IMG/VR virus record: IMGVR_UViG_3300013383_000004
Span: 1-64,000 of that record
Strand: one strand, 5' to 3'
Source of the DNA: a virus
Lineage: Duplodnaviria > Caudoviricetes
Length of the DNA: 64,000 nt
The position numbers and the translations under genes were made by a program. Under the pieces are notes generated by a model. The model saw nothing but the letters and a program-made list of their open reading frames with translations. It had not been told where the DNA came from and ran no database searches. How positions within the stretch are numbered: the stretch's first letter is position 1; each line of letters starts with the position of its first letter. Of this stretch, positions 48,501 to 58,382 are shown one piece after another.

Positions 48501-50494
48501 AGAGTGGTGCAGTAATGAATATAATATGAATCATGCTATTACTAATGATTTAATAAAATTAGGAGAGGATAGAACTTCTTCTAAGTGTACAGAAGATTCT
48601 TTGCAATATATACAAAAATTAATAGATTGTAAATTTACAATTAAACAACTTAGTATAGTCTATTGTATATCAAAGAATAGTATGAAAGATATTATAAGAA
48701 ATAAATCTTACACTCATTTACATTTGAATATAAAATATAATAATCCTACTGAAAAAAGATTTAACCATAAAATTATTGATAAAGATTTATATAATAAATT
48801 GAATAATTCTCTAAAGGATAATACCGTGCTAAATACACTTATTAAAGAAGGGTATATAAGTGTACAGTGTAACGCATAGTAATTGAAATAATATTACCAA
48901 GAGTTCCCAAGTTCCTTTTTAGTAAAAGGAATAAAATATATGCTGAACTATTGAGATAATAAATCAATAGAATTAAAGGATAAAAAGCCTTTAAGATAAC
49001 ATACTTGGAATATCTTAATTATGGCAAGTCAGGTGAAGTTATCAGAATGGGCGATGGTTTGTTTGCCCAGATGGAAGTAGCTAATACTATGTACTACAAT
49101 AACTTCTCGCTTAAGCTTCTTGAAGATGCTCTTTATGAGCTGTCAGCAGCTAAACTTAATATGAATGAAAGAATCTTTGTTATTAAGACTGGTGAAAGAG
49201 GAGCTATTCAGTTCCACAAGGCTATCCTTAATACAGTGTCTGGTTGGACTCAGTTTGTACTCAATGGGGATGCTCTTAAGGTAGTAGAGAAAACACAGAG
49301 TAATCTCCATGTTAACTCTCTTGCTGCTGGCTTCCAATTTGTAGAGTACAGAGCACCTAATGGTGTTAGAGTTAAGGTAGAAGTAGACTCATTTTATGAT
49401 GATCCAGTACAAAATAAGATACAGCACCCACTTGGGGGTCCTGCAAGCTCTTATAGATATGACATCATGGATATTGGTTCTATGGATCAACCTAATATCT
49501 TTAAGTGCCAAATTAAGGGTATGCCTGAAATCAGAGGCTATGAGAGTGGCTTAGCTGCCTAAGGTCACTTTAAACAAGGTTAATTGCTGGAAACTCTAAA
49601 ACTTAATACTTCAAACATTTAAATATGGAAGAACAATGGAAAGAAATCCCTTATACTAAAGGATACTATATATCAAACTTTGGTAGGGTGAAAATTGAGA
49701 AATGCCATAAATATCCAAATGGTGTTATCAAAGATAACAATTCTGGATTTTATGAGGATAAGGACGGTTACTTTAAATTATCATATAGGATGATTAATGG
49801 TAAAAGCACAGCTTCTTTTATACATAGATTAGTAGCTCAAGCTTTTATAGGCAATCCAGATAATAAGAAGATTGTTAATCATATAGATAGTAATAGAAAA
49901 AATAATAAAGTAACAAACTTAGAATGGTGTACTGATAAAGAAAATGTATATCATGCCTTTATTAAAGGTAATAGAAAACATTGTTTAGATGTTCCTAAAC
50001 AATCTAAATTAACACCTTATCAAATATCTCAAATAAATAATCTGAGACAATATTATTCTTTAAGAAAGATTGCAGATTTGTATAATATAAGTTATACTTC
50101 AATGAAGAATGTAGTAATTAGATTAAAAAGATTAAGTCATGACAATCAGCAGCCAAGCATCTATGGTGAAAGCTACCACATAGATGAAGGTTCAACGACT
50201 ATCCCTTATGGGAGTATACTACAAGCTAATGGTAGTGGAAATGCCTTGCCCACTAAATAGTGGTGAAGATATAGTCTAAACACTAGAGGAAACCTAGTGG
50301 AGTTAAACTCAATATAGAAGTTGCGTTCTATATAAAAATGTAATGTTAGGAATCCTTTCACTGGAGAGGTAAATATCCAGTATATGTCTCATGATGAGGA
50401 TAGTGCAACAATTCATAAAATGGCAACATTTGGTATTTGTGTATTAGACCCAACGAGAACAATGTCATTAATTCCTGCTATTTTACAGGGTTAA
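45573..50494 (+). CDS. major capsid protein, five exons (45573-45754, 46296-46668, 47853-48119, 49008-49551, 50346-50494), 504 aa spliced
   Basis: Exons sum to 1515 nt in one frame: FPV|KEFEDD, ELSR|KVGDIRF, NANG|EYLN, YESGF|RNPFTG...AILQG*; position after scaffold. Confidence 0.9.
45755..46295 (+). mobile_element. group I intron MCP-i1 (541 nt)
   Basis: P1 CCGU/GCGG, P AAATTGCTGGAA, Q AATCAGCAGC, R GTTCAACGACTA, S GTATAGTCT, terminal G. Confidence 0.9.
45852..46208 (+). CDS. intron-encoded basic protein with no recognisable nuclease motif
   Basis: 118 aa, HTH-like C-terminal half, ends in the intron Q element. Confidence 0.6.
   Translation: MGKYYTIKEYKEYFTTKNGKKAFITKNRVMLKRYKKLKYKKTNRLSVEDQEIEIQRGLRKILWKYYIEHKKIKTIKRETGFFYSYILQIVKGKRYPEQVNKYLLEIKKRLDNQQPNLL
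46669..47852 (+). mobile_element. group I intron MCP-i2 (1184 nt)
   Basis: P1 GCCGU/GCGGC, P10 GACCTT/AAGGTC, P AAATCGGTGAA, Q AATACCGAGC, P7 GAATA/TATTC. Confidence 0.9.
46822..47733 (+). CDS. GIY-YIG homing endonuclease with repeated HTH domains
   Basis: FIYKVTNKVNGKSYIGQT, RW..H, E...I, NGYN. Confidence 0.9.
   Translation: MEGFIYKVTNKVNGKSYIGQTRNTVEFRWRQHYKAKDNKYFHRAIQKYGKENFEIITLEKCEVGKLNDREIFYINKYDTFNNGYNLTKGGSTYTPNKKCLNGYIEVDDKYEEIKGMYLAGYSTAKISCLYNVDRHCISNILKSLGVKVRKSEKININAQEFEELVSKYQTGYSLKSLAKEYGCTDVGLKEYLQKRGIDIKKKFSILKDEPKQKELINDYLKGTLKLKEIQQKYHCEYRTFLKVLSNHGIKQRGCSGNFKLSDKDSLEIIKLFKEDKKVIELAKLYNVDKCTIYNLLKRYHVNY
48120..49007 (+). mobile_element. group I intron MCP-i3 (888 nt)
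   Basis: P1 CGGU/GCCG, P AAAACGGTGAA, Q AATACCGTGC, P7 GCATA/TATGC, terminal G 49007. Confidence 0.9.
48232..48879 (+). CDS. NUMOD4-HNH homing endonuclease
   Basis: EIWKDI.G...YQVSNLGRIR, HRLVA, VNHKDGNK.NN...NLEW. Confidence 0.9.
   Translation: MEIWKDIEGFRELYQVSNLGRIRRKDNHKVLKPLILTKGYKGVRLYYTKKDAVTKKIHRLVAKYFIGNPLNLPQVNHKDGNKNNNKAINLEWCSNEYNMNHAITNDLIKLGEDRTSSKCTEDSLQYIQKLIDCKFTIKQLSIVYCISKNSMKDIIRNKSYTHLHLNIKYNNPTEKRFNHKIIDKDLYNKLNNSLKDNTVLNTLIKEGYISVQCNA
49552..50345 (+). mobile_element. group I intron MCP-i4 (794 nt)
   Basis: P1 AGTGGCU/GGTCACT, P10 CCTAA/TTAGG, P AATTGCTGGAAA, Q AATCAGCAGC, R GTTCAACGACTA, S AAGATATAGTCT. Confidence 0.9.
49625..50260 (+). CDS. NUMOD4-HNH homing endonuclease
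   Basis: EQWKEI...YYISNFGRVK, HRLVA, VNHIDSNRKNN...NLEW. Confidence 0.9.
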   Translation: MEEQWKEIPYTKGYYISNFGRVKIEKCHKYPNGVIKDNNSGFYEDKDGYFKLSYRMINGKSTASFIHRLVAQAFIGNPDNKKIVNHIDSNRKNNKVTNLEWCTDKENVYHAFIKGNRKHCLDVPKQSKLTPYQISQINNLRQYYSLRKIADLYNISYTSMKNVVIRLKRLSHDNQQPSIYGESYHIDEGSTTIPYGSILQANGSGNALPTK

Positions 50495-50497
50495 TAT

Positions 50498-50534
50498 AAA
50501 AGGGGGAGGTATTCTCCTCTCCCTTTCATTTTTT
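50498..50534 (+). terminator. intrinsic terminator after MCP
   Basis: AAAGGGGGAGG/CCTCTCCCTTT then T-rich tail. Confidence 0.75.
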
Positions 50535-50557
50535 AATTTTATTGGAGAGGTATAAAG

Positions 50558-51541
50558 ATGGCAACAGAAACTAAAATTATAGTAGATGATACTATGGAAG
50601 AGAATATGATTGAAAAACCTATTGAGAAGTCTAAATCCAAGCAAAGAGTTAAAGCAAAGGAAAAAATAGAAGAACAAGGGCTTATAAACTGTCTTAGAAA
50701 TGAAAAAGTTATTATAAGACATATCCCAAGACAAAGTAGGATGGTAAGTAATCCAAAACATATTTTATATGGAGGTATGGCAGAAAATGCTAAAAGAACA
50801 TTTGTAGTACCAAAACTTTCCTCTGGAAGATATGTTAATGTTCTTACGGATGCTGAGAAAGACTATCTTGAAGATATTATGGGTCTTGAAGTTAATGCAA
50901 TGAGTATTTATAATAAGGTCAATAATTTTTGGGATGATAGTAATGAACAGGGTGTTTCTAAAGTAACATTAACTAAACAAGATAATTTTCTTAATCTTAG
51001 TGATCCTGAAGATTATATTAGATATAAAATACTTTTAGCTAATAAAGATTATATCGCACCTTCAATGAAGGAACTTGAAGATAATCCTAAAGCAACTTAT
51101 CAATTTGTTATTATTTCTGAGGGAGACGAGACCAGGGCAGCTAAGAAGGGAATGACTACTATTATGCAATGTTATACTTTGTATGGTAAACTTGAAGATG
51201 ACGTAGATGCCCTTAGAGTAATTGTTGAAACTCTTACAGGTGTAACTATTCATCCTAATACAAAGAAAGATTTCCTTCAAACTAAAGTCAATGAGCTAAT
51301 TCAGAGTAATAGTAAAATGTTCTTAAAAATAGCTTCTGATCCTCTACTTCAAACTAAAGTGCTTATTAAAAAGTCTATTGAAGCAGGATTAATTGCTCAT
51401 AGGGGCAACCAGTATTATATTAAAGAAGGAAATATTCCTATGTGTGATAATGGCGAGCCTACATTAAATGTAGCTTCTCAATGGCTCAATCAGCCAAAGA
51501 ATCAAAATATTAAATTTAGTTTAGAAGCTAAACTTAAATAA
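50558..51541 (+). CDS. conserved structural protein downstream of MCP
   Basis: 327 aa; synteny only. Confidence 0.6.
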   Translation: MATETKIIVDDTMEENMIEKPIEKSKSKQRVKAKEKIEEQGLINCLRNEKVIIRHIPRQSRMVSNPKHILYGGMAENAKRTFVVPKLSSGRYVNVLTDAEKDYLEDIMGLEVNAMSIYNKVNNFWDDSNEQGVSKVTLTKQDNFLNLSDPEDYIRYKILLANKDYIAPSMKELEDNPKATYQFVIISEGDETRAAKKGMTTIMQCYTLYGKLEDDVDALRVIVETLTGVTIHPNTKKDFLQTKVNELIQSNSKMFLKIASDPLLQTKVLIKKSIEAGLIAHRGNQYYIKEGNIPMCDNGEPTLNVASQWLNQPKNQNIKFSLEAKLK

Positions 51542-51552
51542 ATAGCTAAGAA

Positions 51553-52704
51553 ATGAATACTGAAGAATTTAGTAATGAGTTTGATATACTTTATAACAGT
51601 ATAACAAGTAACCAAGCTCCAGGACTAGATGAATATGAGAAAAGTGTATTTCTAACTAGAGCACAAGAAGAATTAATTAGAAACTATTTTAATCCCCTTC
51701 ATTCAAAAGATGGACAAGGGTTTGATGGTAATCAAAAGAGACAATATGATTTTAGCACACTATTATGTACTGCTGAACTTCAAGATGTTACAATGCTTGC
51801 AGAAGATGTTATTCCTAGTATAGATCCAAGTTTTAACTTTACATCTTTTGATTCTAGATCTTATATTTATAAAGCCCCTACAGATTTATTTTTATCTGTA
51901 AATGAGAGTATTGAAGATAGTGCTAAAAGAAAATATTCTGTATTGCCTATATCTTATAATGAGTATATAAGACTAATTAGTAAACCCTATGGGTATCCTC
52001 TTAAAAGACAAGCGTGGAGATTAATAACTAATACTTCTTCTATATTAGCAGGATGGGGATGCCATACGTCTAGGAATAGAGGATTCTATGCTTTTAAAAG
52101 TAAGTATAATAAACCATTACTTATAACTGTAAATGTTTATTCTTCTACAAGCACTTCAGATTCTCTTATTGCACCTACCATTACAGAAAGTAGTGATATT
52201 GTAGATATAAAATTACAAGTTCCCTCTAATAGGTTTGTACAATATTGGACTAGTTATTTAGCATCTGATTCTGCCTTAAAGAAGGCTGGACTAGATAAAT
52301 ATCTTTATCCTCTTAATTCTTCGAGTGGATTGTTTCCTACAAGTGATGATGTAAAAACATTTACTATAAATATAAGTAAAGCCTATAATGAGGATGCTTC
52401 TAAGGTTAAAGAATTGTTCTTTGAAATTATAGGTAAATTTAGTGGAACCTTTGATTATACTATAAGATATGTAAGAACTCCTAAACCTATTATTTTAGTA
52501 AATTTAAATAATATAGGAGAGGGGCTATCTATAAAAGGGTATAACACTATTTCAGAATGTGAGCTTCCTGTCAATACTCATTATGAAGTACTTCAAAGGG
52601 CAGTAGAATTAGCCAAGGCTGCTTATCAAGGAGATGCTGCCTCAATACTTCAAGTAGGAAGTGCTAGTGGTACTGATATGGGCTATGTTAGTCAAAAGCA
52701 ATGA
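51553..52704 (+). CDS. tail ring / head-tail connector protein with internal insertion
   Basis: MNTEEFSNEFD...DEYEKSVFLT.AQE and YVR.PKPIIL...H..L.RAV.LA shared with the next gene. Confidence 0.7.
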   Translation: MNTEEFSNEFDILYNSITSNQAPGLDEYEKSVFLTRAQEELIRNYFNPLHSKDGQGFDGNQKRQYDFSTLLCTAELQDVTMLAEDVIPSIDPSFNFTSFDSRSYIYKAPTDLFLSVNESIEDSAKRKYSVLPISYNEYIRLISKPYGYPLKRQAWRLITNTSSILAGWGCHTSRNRGFYAFKSKYNKPLLITVNVYSSTSTSDSLIAPTITESSDIVDIKLQVPSNRFVQYWTSYLASDSALKKAGLDKYLYPLNSSSGLFPTSDDVKTFTINISKAYNEDASKVKELFFEIIGKFSGTFDYTIRYVRTPKPIILVNLNNIGEGLSIKGYNTISECELPVNTHYEVLQRAVELAKAAYQGDAASILQVGSASGTDMGYVSQKQ

Positions 52705-53390
52705 ATACAGAAGAATTTTCTAATGAATTTGATACTCTATTAAATAGTTATACTAATACTTATCAAGGAAATCTTAATTTTGATGAGTATGAGAAGTCTG
52801 TATTTTTAACTAAAGCTCAAGAGGATATAGTAATAGGATTATATGATGGTAATAATATATTATCAGATACTATAGAAAAAACTGAAGAGAACAGAAGGTA
52901 TTTAAGTAATTTAATACATACTTATATAACTTCTGACAAGAAAGAAGGTCCTATAAAAATATCTAAGGACTCAGTGTTCTTTCAGTTACCTGATGATTTA
53001 TGGTTTATTACCTATGAGTCTGTAACACTTAAAGATGATACTTTAGGATGTAAGAATGGTGAAAATATTCCTGTAATACCTGTAACTCAAGATGAGTATA
53101 GTATAATTAAGGAAAATCCTTTTAGAGGAGCAAGTAATAGAAGAGCTTTAAGATTAGATGTAGATAATAATATTGTAGAGATAATATCAAAATATAATAT
53201 AGACAAGTATCTAGTTAGGTATTTATCTAAACCATCTCCAATTATATTAACTGACTTTACAGACTCTCTGTCTATTAATGGAGAAAAAATAAAAACAGAT
53301 TGTAATTTAAATCCTGTATTACATAGGTCTATACTTGAAAGAGCAGTTAAATTAGCTGTTATGAGTAGAGTAAATAGAACAGGATCTTAA
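52701..53390 (+). CDS. tail ring / head-tail connector protein (paralogue)
   Basis: Paralogous to the preceding gene. Confidence 0.7.
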   Translation: MNTEEFSNEFDTLLNSYTNTYQGNLNFDEYEKSVFLTKAQEDIVIGLYDGNNILSDTIEKTEENRRYLSNLIHTYITSDKKEGPIKISKDSVFFQLPDDLWFITYESVTLKDDTLGCKNGENIPVIPVTQDEYSIIKENPFRGASNRRALRLDVDNNIVEIISKYNIDKYLVRYLSKPSPIILTDFTDSLSINGEKIKTDCNLNPVLHRSILERAVKLAVMSRVNRTGS

Positions 53391-53416
53391 AAGTGTATAA
53401 TTTAATTTAAATTAAA

Positions 53417-54481
53417 ATGGCAACATTTTCAACAAATCAAGTAAGACAGCTTTATGTAGCAAAAAGCACAAAGAGTGATGTAACTTCTGTAGATAGTGCC
53501 GGCACTATTGCAGTTAAAGGAAGTACTGCAAAGGGTACTTTATACTTTAAGTATAAAGGTGCAGATACTATAATGAGAAGTGATTTAATTAATATTGATA
53601 ACATTCTCTATGCAAAGGCTACTGATGCTGATAATATGGCTTATCAGATGAGTACTTTCAAAGTAACTCTTGATAGTGCTATTAATGGTGGTGATCTTAT
53701 TATAGGTCAAGATTACATCCTTAGAGTGGCATTTAAACAATACATAGGAATATCTGACAAAGACCAGTACTTTAAATATGGTATGGTTCATGCTTATAAA
53801 GGTATGACAGCGTCTGATTTTTACAAGGTTCTTGCAGAGTCATTGGCTAAAAATTTTGTTAGGGAGGCTGTTCCTTTGGTAGATATTTCTTTGGTAGATC
53901 ATGATACTTCAAAAGGAGATACCACTGATACTGATGTAGTAACTCCTGTACTAAAAAAAGGTGAAATACAAACCCTTACTACTCTTGCAAGTGGACATGC
54001 TTATACAGCAGTACTTATTAGTGAGGTAGAACAACCATGGGAATTGGGCATTAAAAAGCAAACTCCTGTAATCTTTGATGTTTATGCTACTAGCATTGTT
54101 TGGGATGGAGATGATGTTATTTGGGGCAAAGCAGAGAAGATAAACAGTAATAATAAAATAGAGAATGGCCATATAATTGCAGATCTTGAGTACTTCTGTA
54201 TGGGAGAGAGAGGAGATCAGTATAGAAATATGGGATGGCCCAATGTTATTAAGACTAAATATCTTGTAGATCCAACTCAGAAGTATAATACTATTGACAT
54301 TCACTATGCTTATGTAGGTGATGGTATTAGTGTACAGAAATCTGAGAAGGATATTACTATTGTTGTTCCTAAGGTTGGTGCAACCAATAGTGTTAGCAAT
54401 GCACTTACCAATACTATTATTGGGGCTATTAACACTGCTACAGGTCTCAGTATTGCTGAACTTGACAAGTCAGCAGGCTAA
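53417..54481 (+). CDS. probable auxiliary capsid protein
   Basis: 354 aa with its own terminator; synteny. Confidence 0.55.
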   Translation: MATFSTNQVRQLYVAKSTKSDVTSVDSAGTIAVKGSTAKGTLYFKYKGADTIMRSDLINIDNILYAKATDADNMAYQMSTFKVTLDSAINGGDLIIGQDYILRVAFKQYIGISDKDQYFKYGMVHAYKGMTASDFYKVLAESLAKNFVREAVPLVDISLVDHDTSKGDTTDTDVVTPVLKKGEIQTLTTLASGHAYTAVLISEVEQPWELGIKKQTPVIFDVYATSIVWDGDDVIWGKAEKINSNNKIENGHIIADLEYFCMGERGDQYRNMGWPNVIKTKYLVDPTQKYNTIDIHYAYVGDGISVQKSEKDITIVVPKVGATNSVSNALTNTIIGAINTATGLSIAELDKSAG

Positions 54482-54488
54482 AAATAAT

Positions 54489-54523
54489 ATAAGGTAGGTA
54501 TAAAAACCTACCTTATTTTGTTT
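54489..54523 (+). terminator. intrinsic terminator
   Basis: ATAAGGTAGGT/ACCTACCTTAT then TTT. Confidence 0.75.
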
Positions 54524-54540
54524 AATATAAACATTAAACC

Positions 54541-55095
54541 ATGTTACATTTTAATAATCTATATATTACAGAAGATGGTAAAAATCTTGTTATTGATGTA
54601 GCAATAGATGATATGTCTTATTTTAAAGATGTTTACTTAAATTCTATTGCTATTGATACTCAAGATTCTTATGTTGAAGGAGGCCCAAGTAAAAAAGCTG
54701 TTATATTTCAATTTTTAAAAGATAATAAAATAAAAGAAAAGCAACTTATAGTAGATGCTACAGCTTTAGGAGGCGATTTAAATAAAAAAATGTTTTTTGT
54801 TTATGCTACTACTATAGGTACTCCAACATCAGACACTCCCTGTGGTTATGATGAAAATATTATATTAGGTGTAGTATATAACACTTATCCTATATATAAC
54901 TCTATTATATCAATAGTAAAAAATTTAGAAGAAGATTGTTCTGAACCAATACCTCTTATTAATAGAGTATTACAAGTAAAAGTTATAGAATATGCTATTA
55001 AAACACATAGATATTCTATAGCAATTAAATATTGGAAAAAATTCTTTATGGATGATTCTACTCTATCTATAAATAAATGTAAGTGTAATGGATGA
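54541..55095 (+). CDS. tail-associated structural protein
   Basis: 184 aa, Cys-containing C-terminus; synteny. Confidence 0.55.
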   Translation: MLHFNNLYITEDGKNLVIDVAIDDMSYFKDVYLNSIAIDTQDSYVEGGPSKKAVIFQFLKDNKIKEKQLIVDATALGGDLNKKMFFVYATTIGTPTSDTPCGYDENIILGVVYNTYPIYNSIISIVKNLEEDCSEPIPLINRVLQVKVIEYAIKTHRYSIAIKYWKKFFMDDSTLSINKCKCNG

Positions 55096-55429
55096 ATTTA
55101 ATTATATAATATCAGATAACTTAGACAAGTTATTCTCTAAATTATCAAGATTAGGTACTTTAGATTCATGTACTATTAATAATAGTATAGCTGTCATATT
55201 TCTATGGGAATTACTCGATAGTTATAGTGCATATATAACAGAAGAAGATTATACATCTATTTTAAGGGCTATTAACTGTATCTCTAGTAATATATGTTCT
55301 ATAGCTCTTCCTACATTCAATCAGTATAAAACATACTTAAATACAAGAACTATACCTAACACAATAAAACTTACTGAAGACTCATTAGGAAGGTTCTTAG
55401 AAAATGGTAGACAAAGAGTATTAGATTAG
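55088..55429 (+). CDS. tail-associated structural protein
   Basis: 113 aa; synteny. Confidence 0.5.
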   Translation: MDEFNYIISDNLDKLFSKLSRLGTLDSCTINNSIAVIFLWELLDSYSAYITEEDYTSILRAINCISSNICSIALPTFNQYKTYLNTRTIPNTIKLTEDSLGRFLENGRQRVLD

Positions 55430-55474
55430 TCTTAATTAATTAATTAACCTCTTGTATATAAGATATATATTTAG

Positions 55475-55484
55475 TATCTTTGTA
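55475..55484 (+). promoter_or_regulatory. Bacteroidota -7 promoter element
   Basis: TATCTTTGTA upstream of ATG 55509. Confidence 0.55.
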
Positions 55485-55508
55485 CAAGAGTTTTTTATAT
55501 ATAGTAAT

Positions 55509-56228
55509 ATGACATACAAAGAAATAATATATATGTGTTTAGATGCTCTGAAGATTACTTCAGATGACTCTGTTTATAATGAAATGCACATTCTTTTCTT
55601 ATTAAATAAATATAGAAGTCTTTTCTTGCAACAAAGATATTCAGATGTAAGAAAACCAATGCCAGAGAGTAATTACCAAACAATATGCTTAGATTTAATT
55701 CAAGATAGCTCACAATCTATAGATAATTGTAATCAAAATATTCTTAAATCTAAAGATAAGATACCTAGCTTATTAAATGTAGGTAATGCAGAAGTGTTTC
55801 CTTTAGATTATTATTTAGGGAATATTACTTTAGTATCTTACAATAGAATGAAATTTGTAGGATACAATAAATGGTTAAAAAATATTATTTACTGTTCTAT
55901 AGGCCCAGATAATTACTTATATTTTAAGTCTGCTGCTCCTACTTACAGTCAACTAGAAAAAGTGCAATTAAAAGGTGTTTTTGAAAATCCTGAAGAAGCA
56001 AGCAAGTTAACTTGTAATGAATCAAATATTTGTGATGCTTTTGATAAAGAATATCCTATTGAAGAAGCCTTAGCCTCTCAATTAATAGAGACAGTAGTTA
56101 AGTTTATGACCAGTGGCTTGTATAAACCGGAGGATACTGAGAATAATGCTAGTGATGATATGTCTTCTATGGTAGCATTTATTAGAAAATATATGAAGTC
56201 TGACTTACAGAAACAAATAGAAGGATAA
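55509..56228 (+). CDS. tail ring protein
   Basis: Start ATG 55509; SDDS, GVFENPEEA, YPI, D..NNA.D. Confidence 0.65.
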   Translation: MTYKEIIYMCLDALKITSDDSVYNEMHILFLLNKYRSLFLQQRYSDVRKPMPESNYQTICLDLIQDSSQSIDNCNQNILKSKDKIPSLLNVGNAEVFPLDYYLGNITLVSYNRMKFVGYNKWLKNIIYCSIGPDNYLYFKSAAPTYSQLEKVQLKGVFENPEEASKLTCNESNICDAFDKEYPIEEALASQLIETVVKFMTSGLYKPEDTENNASDDMSSMVAFIRKYMKSDLQKQIEG

Positions 56229-56761
56229 TGGATGACTTTAGAAAGAAAGTACTTAAGGTAGACAAACATAGGACTCATAAGATAAACAATTCTTTAGGAG
56301 TGTATGATGCCTATAAGTGGCTAAGAAAGAACAGATGGTTAAATGTTGGAGCTATTTCAGAGCATAATTATTATGCTATAATAAGAGCTGTGAATAAATC
56401 TATGGCACTTAAATTTCTGACAATAGGATCTATAAGATTACCTGAATACATGGGAGAAATAACTTTAAGGAAATATCCTACTAAGATAACTTTAAGTAAT
56501 GGTAAATTACAAACTAATCTTCCTATAGATTGGGATGCTACTCTTACTTTATGGGCAGAGGATAAAGAGTCTTATGAAAAAAGAACTTTAGTCAAAGCAG
56601 AGGAAAAAGAAGTTTTTAAAGTACTCTATAATAAAAATAAAGCACTATATAACAATAAAACTTTCTACAGCTTTGAGCTTAATAGAACTATTAAAAAGGC
56701 TCTGAAAGATAAATTAAAAACAGGACAATTAGATGCTTTTATGTTATGTGGAAAGATTTGA
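56228..56761 (+). CDS. IHF/HU-like protein
   Basis: IRLPEYMGEITLRK, PIDW..T..LW. Confidence 0.55.
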   Translation: MDDFRKKVLKVDKHRTHKINNSLGVYDAYKWLRKNRWLNVGAISEHNYYAIIRAVNKSMALKFLTIGSIRLPEYMGEITLRKYPTKITLSNGKLQTNLPIDWDATLTLWAEDKESYEKRTLVKAEEKEVFKVLYNKNKALYNNKTFYSFELNRTIKKALKDKLKTGQLDAFMLCGKI

Positions 56762-57708
56762 ATATGAAAGAAAAAGCAGCATTTATTAGAGTTGCGGTAA
56801 ATAATGGCATAGTTGATATTGATGATATAGCAAACAGATATAATGAAATTATAGCTGATAGAGAGGATACTCTTAGCTCTCCAAAGGAAACAGAAAGTAT
56901 AGACAATGACACAAGTTATATATATGCTAAAGGAGGAAGAAAATCAAGAGGAAATCCTAATGCTGCTAGAGCATTGCAGTTTTTTATGAATAAAGGATTA
57001 ACTAAACAACAAGCAGCAGGTATAGTAGGCAATTTTATGGTAGAATCTGGAATGAATGCCTCTGCTGTAAATCCTTATAGTGGAGCTTATGGTATAGCTC
57101 AATGGTTAGGTGGTAGAAAGAAGGCATTATTTAAGAGATATGGCAACAAGCCTTCATTAGATCAACAATTGGCTTTTGTATGGGATGAATTAAACTCTTC
57201 ACATTCTAATGGATTGAAGATGATAAGGCAGAGTAAAAATGTTAGCGATGCTGCTGCTAATGCTTTTGGTTATTATGAATTTAGTGCGGGTCCTCAAGCT
57301 GCTGTAAGAGCAATGAATGCTAGTGGAATGAATACTAAATGGAAAAATCCTAATGGTACCAAAAGACTTAATCAAGGAATTAAAAATGCTAATATACTAT
57401 TAGGAATGAATCCCAATTACAACCCTGCATATAATATTCCTCCTATAAGTACTACTATAAATCTACAATCTCCAATAAACTTACCTATTGACAATGAGCC
57501 TATAGAAATACCACAATTAAAATTTGGGGTAGCTACATCTGATGAACCTAAAGATAATAAAGAGGATTTATTTGAAACAGATATTCTGCAAGAAGAGCCT
57601 CAAAATAATTTCAATGACTTATATAATATAATGGGATTATTAAAAAGTATAGGAAGGCCTTCTGAGAGACAAAATAATGGAATTAATAATTATTCAATAC
57701 ATATATAA
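56746..57708 (+). CDS. virion protein with phage tail lysozyme domain
   Basis: GLT..QAAGIVGNF..ESG, GAYGIAQW...R, QL.FV..EL. Confidence 0.8.
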   Translation: MWKDLNMKEKAAFIRVAVNNGIVDIDDIANRYNEIIADREDTLSSPKETESIDNDTSYIYAKGGRKSRGNPNAARALQFFMNKGLTKQQAAGIVGNFMVESGMNASAVNPYSGAYGIAQWLGGRKKALFKRYGNKPSLDQQLAFVWDELNSSHSNGLKMIRQSKNVSDAAANAFGYYEFSAGPQAAVRAMNASGMNTKWKNPNGTKRLNQGIKNANILLGMNPNYNPAYNIPPISTTINLQSPINLPIDNEPIEIPQLKFGVATSDEPKDNKEDLFETDILQEEPQNNFNDLYNIMGLLKSIGRPSERQNNGINNYSIHI

Positions 57709-58382
57709 TGAATGAGTTTATATCAATTAGAAGAATATTAGATGACTTGCTAGACAATCCTCTACTTCAAGATTTAACACTTGAAAGAGTAGTAAACTAT
57801 ACTGTAGAGTTTATTAGAAAAGTAGGAATGCCTAAAGTATACTTAGATAAAACTGTAGAATTAAATATTAAAGACTATAGAGCACCACTTCCTTGTGATT
57901 TAGTAAGTATCATACAAGTGAAAGATAAGAAGCTTGATTTGGCATTAAGATCTAATTCAGATAGTTTTTATTTGTTTAGTAAAGAATCTAATGGTTATAC
58001 TTATAAAGTACAAGGAGGGATAATTTACACATCAATGAAAGAAGCTGTACTCATAGTAGCTTATAAAGCTATTCCTATAGATTGTGATGGATACCCTATG
58101 ATATTAGATAATAGTTCCTTTATTGAAGCTTTAGAATTATACATTACTAAAAAGAGATATAAAATACTATTTGATGTAAGTAAGTTGAGAGGAGATGTGT
58201 ATAGTTCTACTTGTCAAGATTATGCTTTTGCAGTAGGACAAGCACAGAGTAGTTTAATTATGCCATCTATTGATGAATTGCAGAGCATTAGTAATATGTG
58301 GAACTCTGTTTTAGCTAGAGTAGATGAACATACTAATGGCTTTAGTAATAATGGCTCTAAAAATGTTTTAAAAGTACAATGA
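57708..58382 (+). CDS. tail tubular / ring protein
   Basis: LPCDL, YKAIP.D.DGYP; precedes muzzle. Confidence 0.65.
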   Translation: MNEFISIRRILDDLLDNPLLQDLTLERVVNYTVEFIRKVGMPKVYLDKTVELNIKDYRAPLPCDLVSIIQVKDKKLDLALRSNSDSFYLFSKESNGYTYKVQGGIIYTSMKEAVLIVAYKAIPIDCDGYPMILDNSSFIEALELYITKKRYKILFDVSKLRGDVYSSTCQDYAFAVGQAQSSLIMPSIDELQSISNMWNSVLARVDEHTNGFSNNGSKNVLKVQ

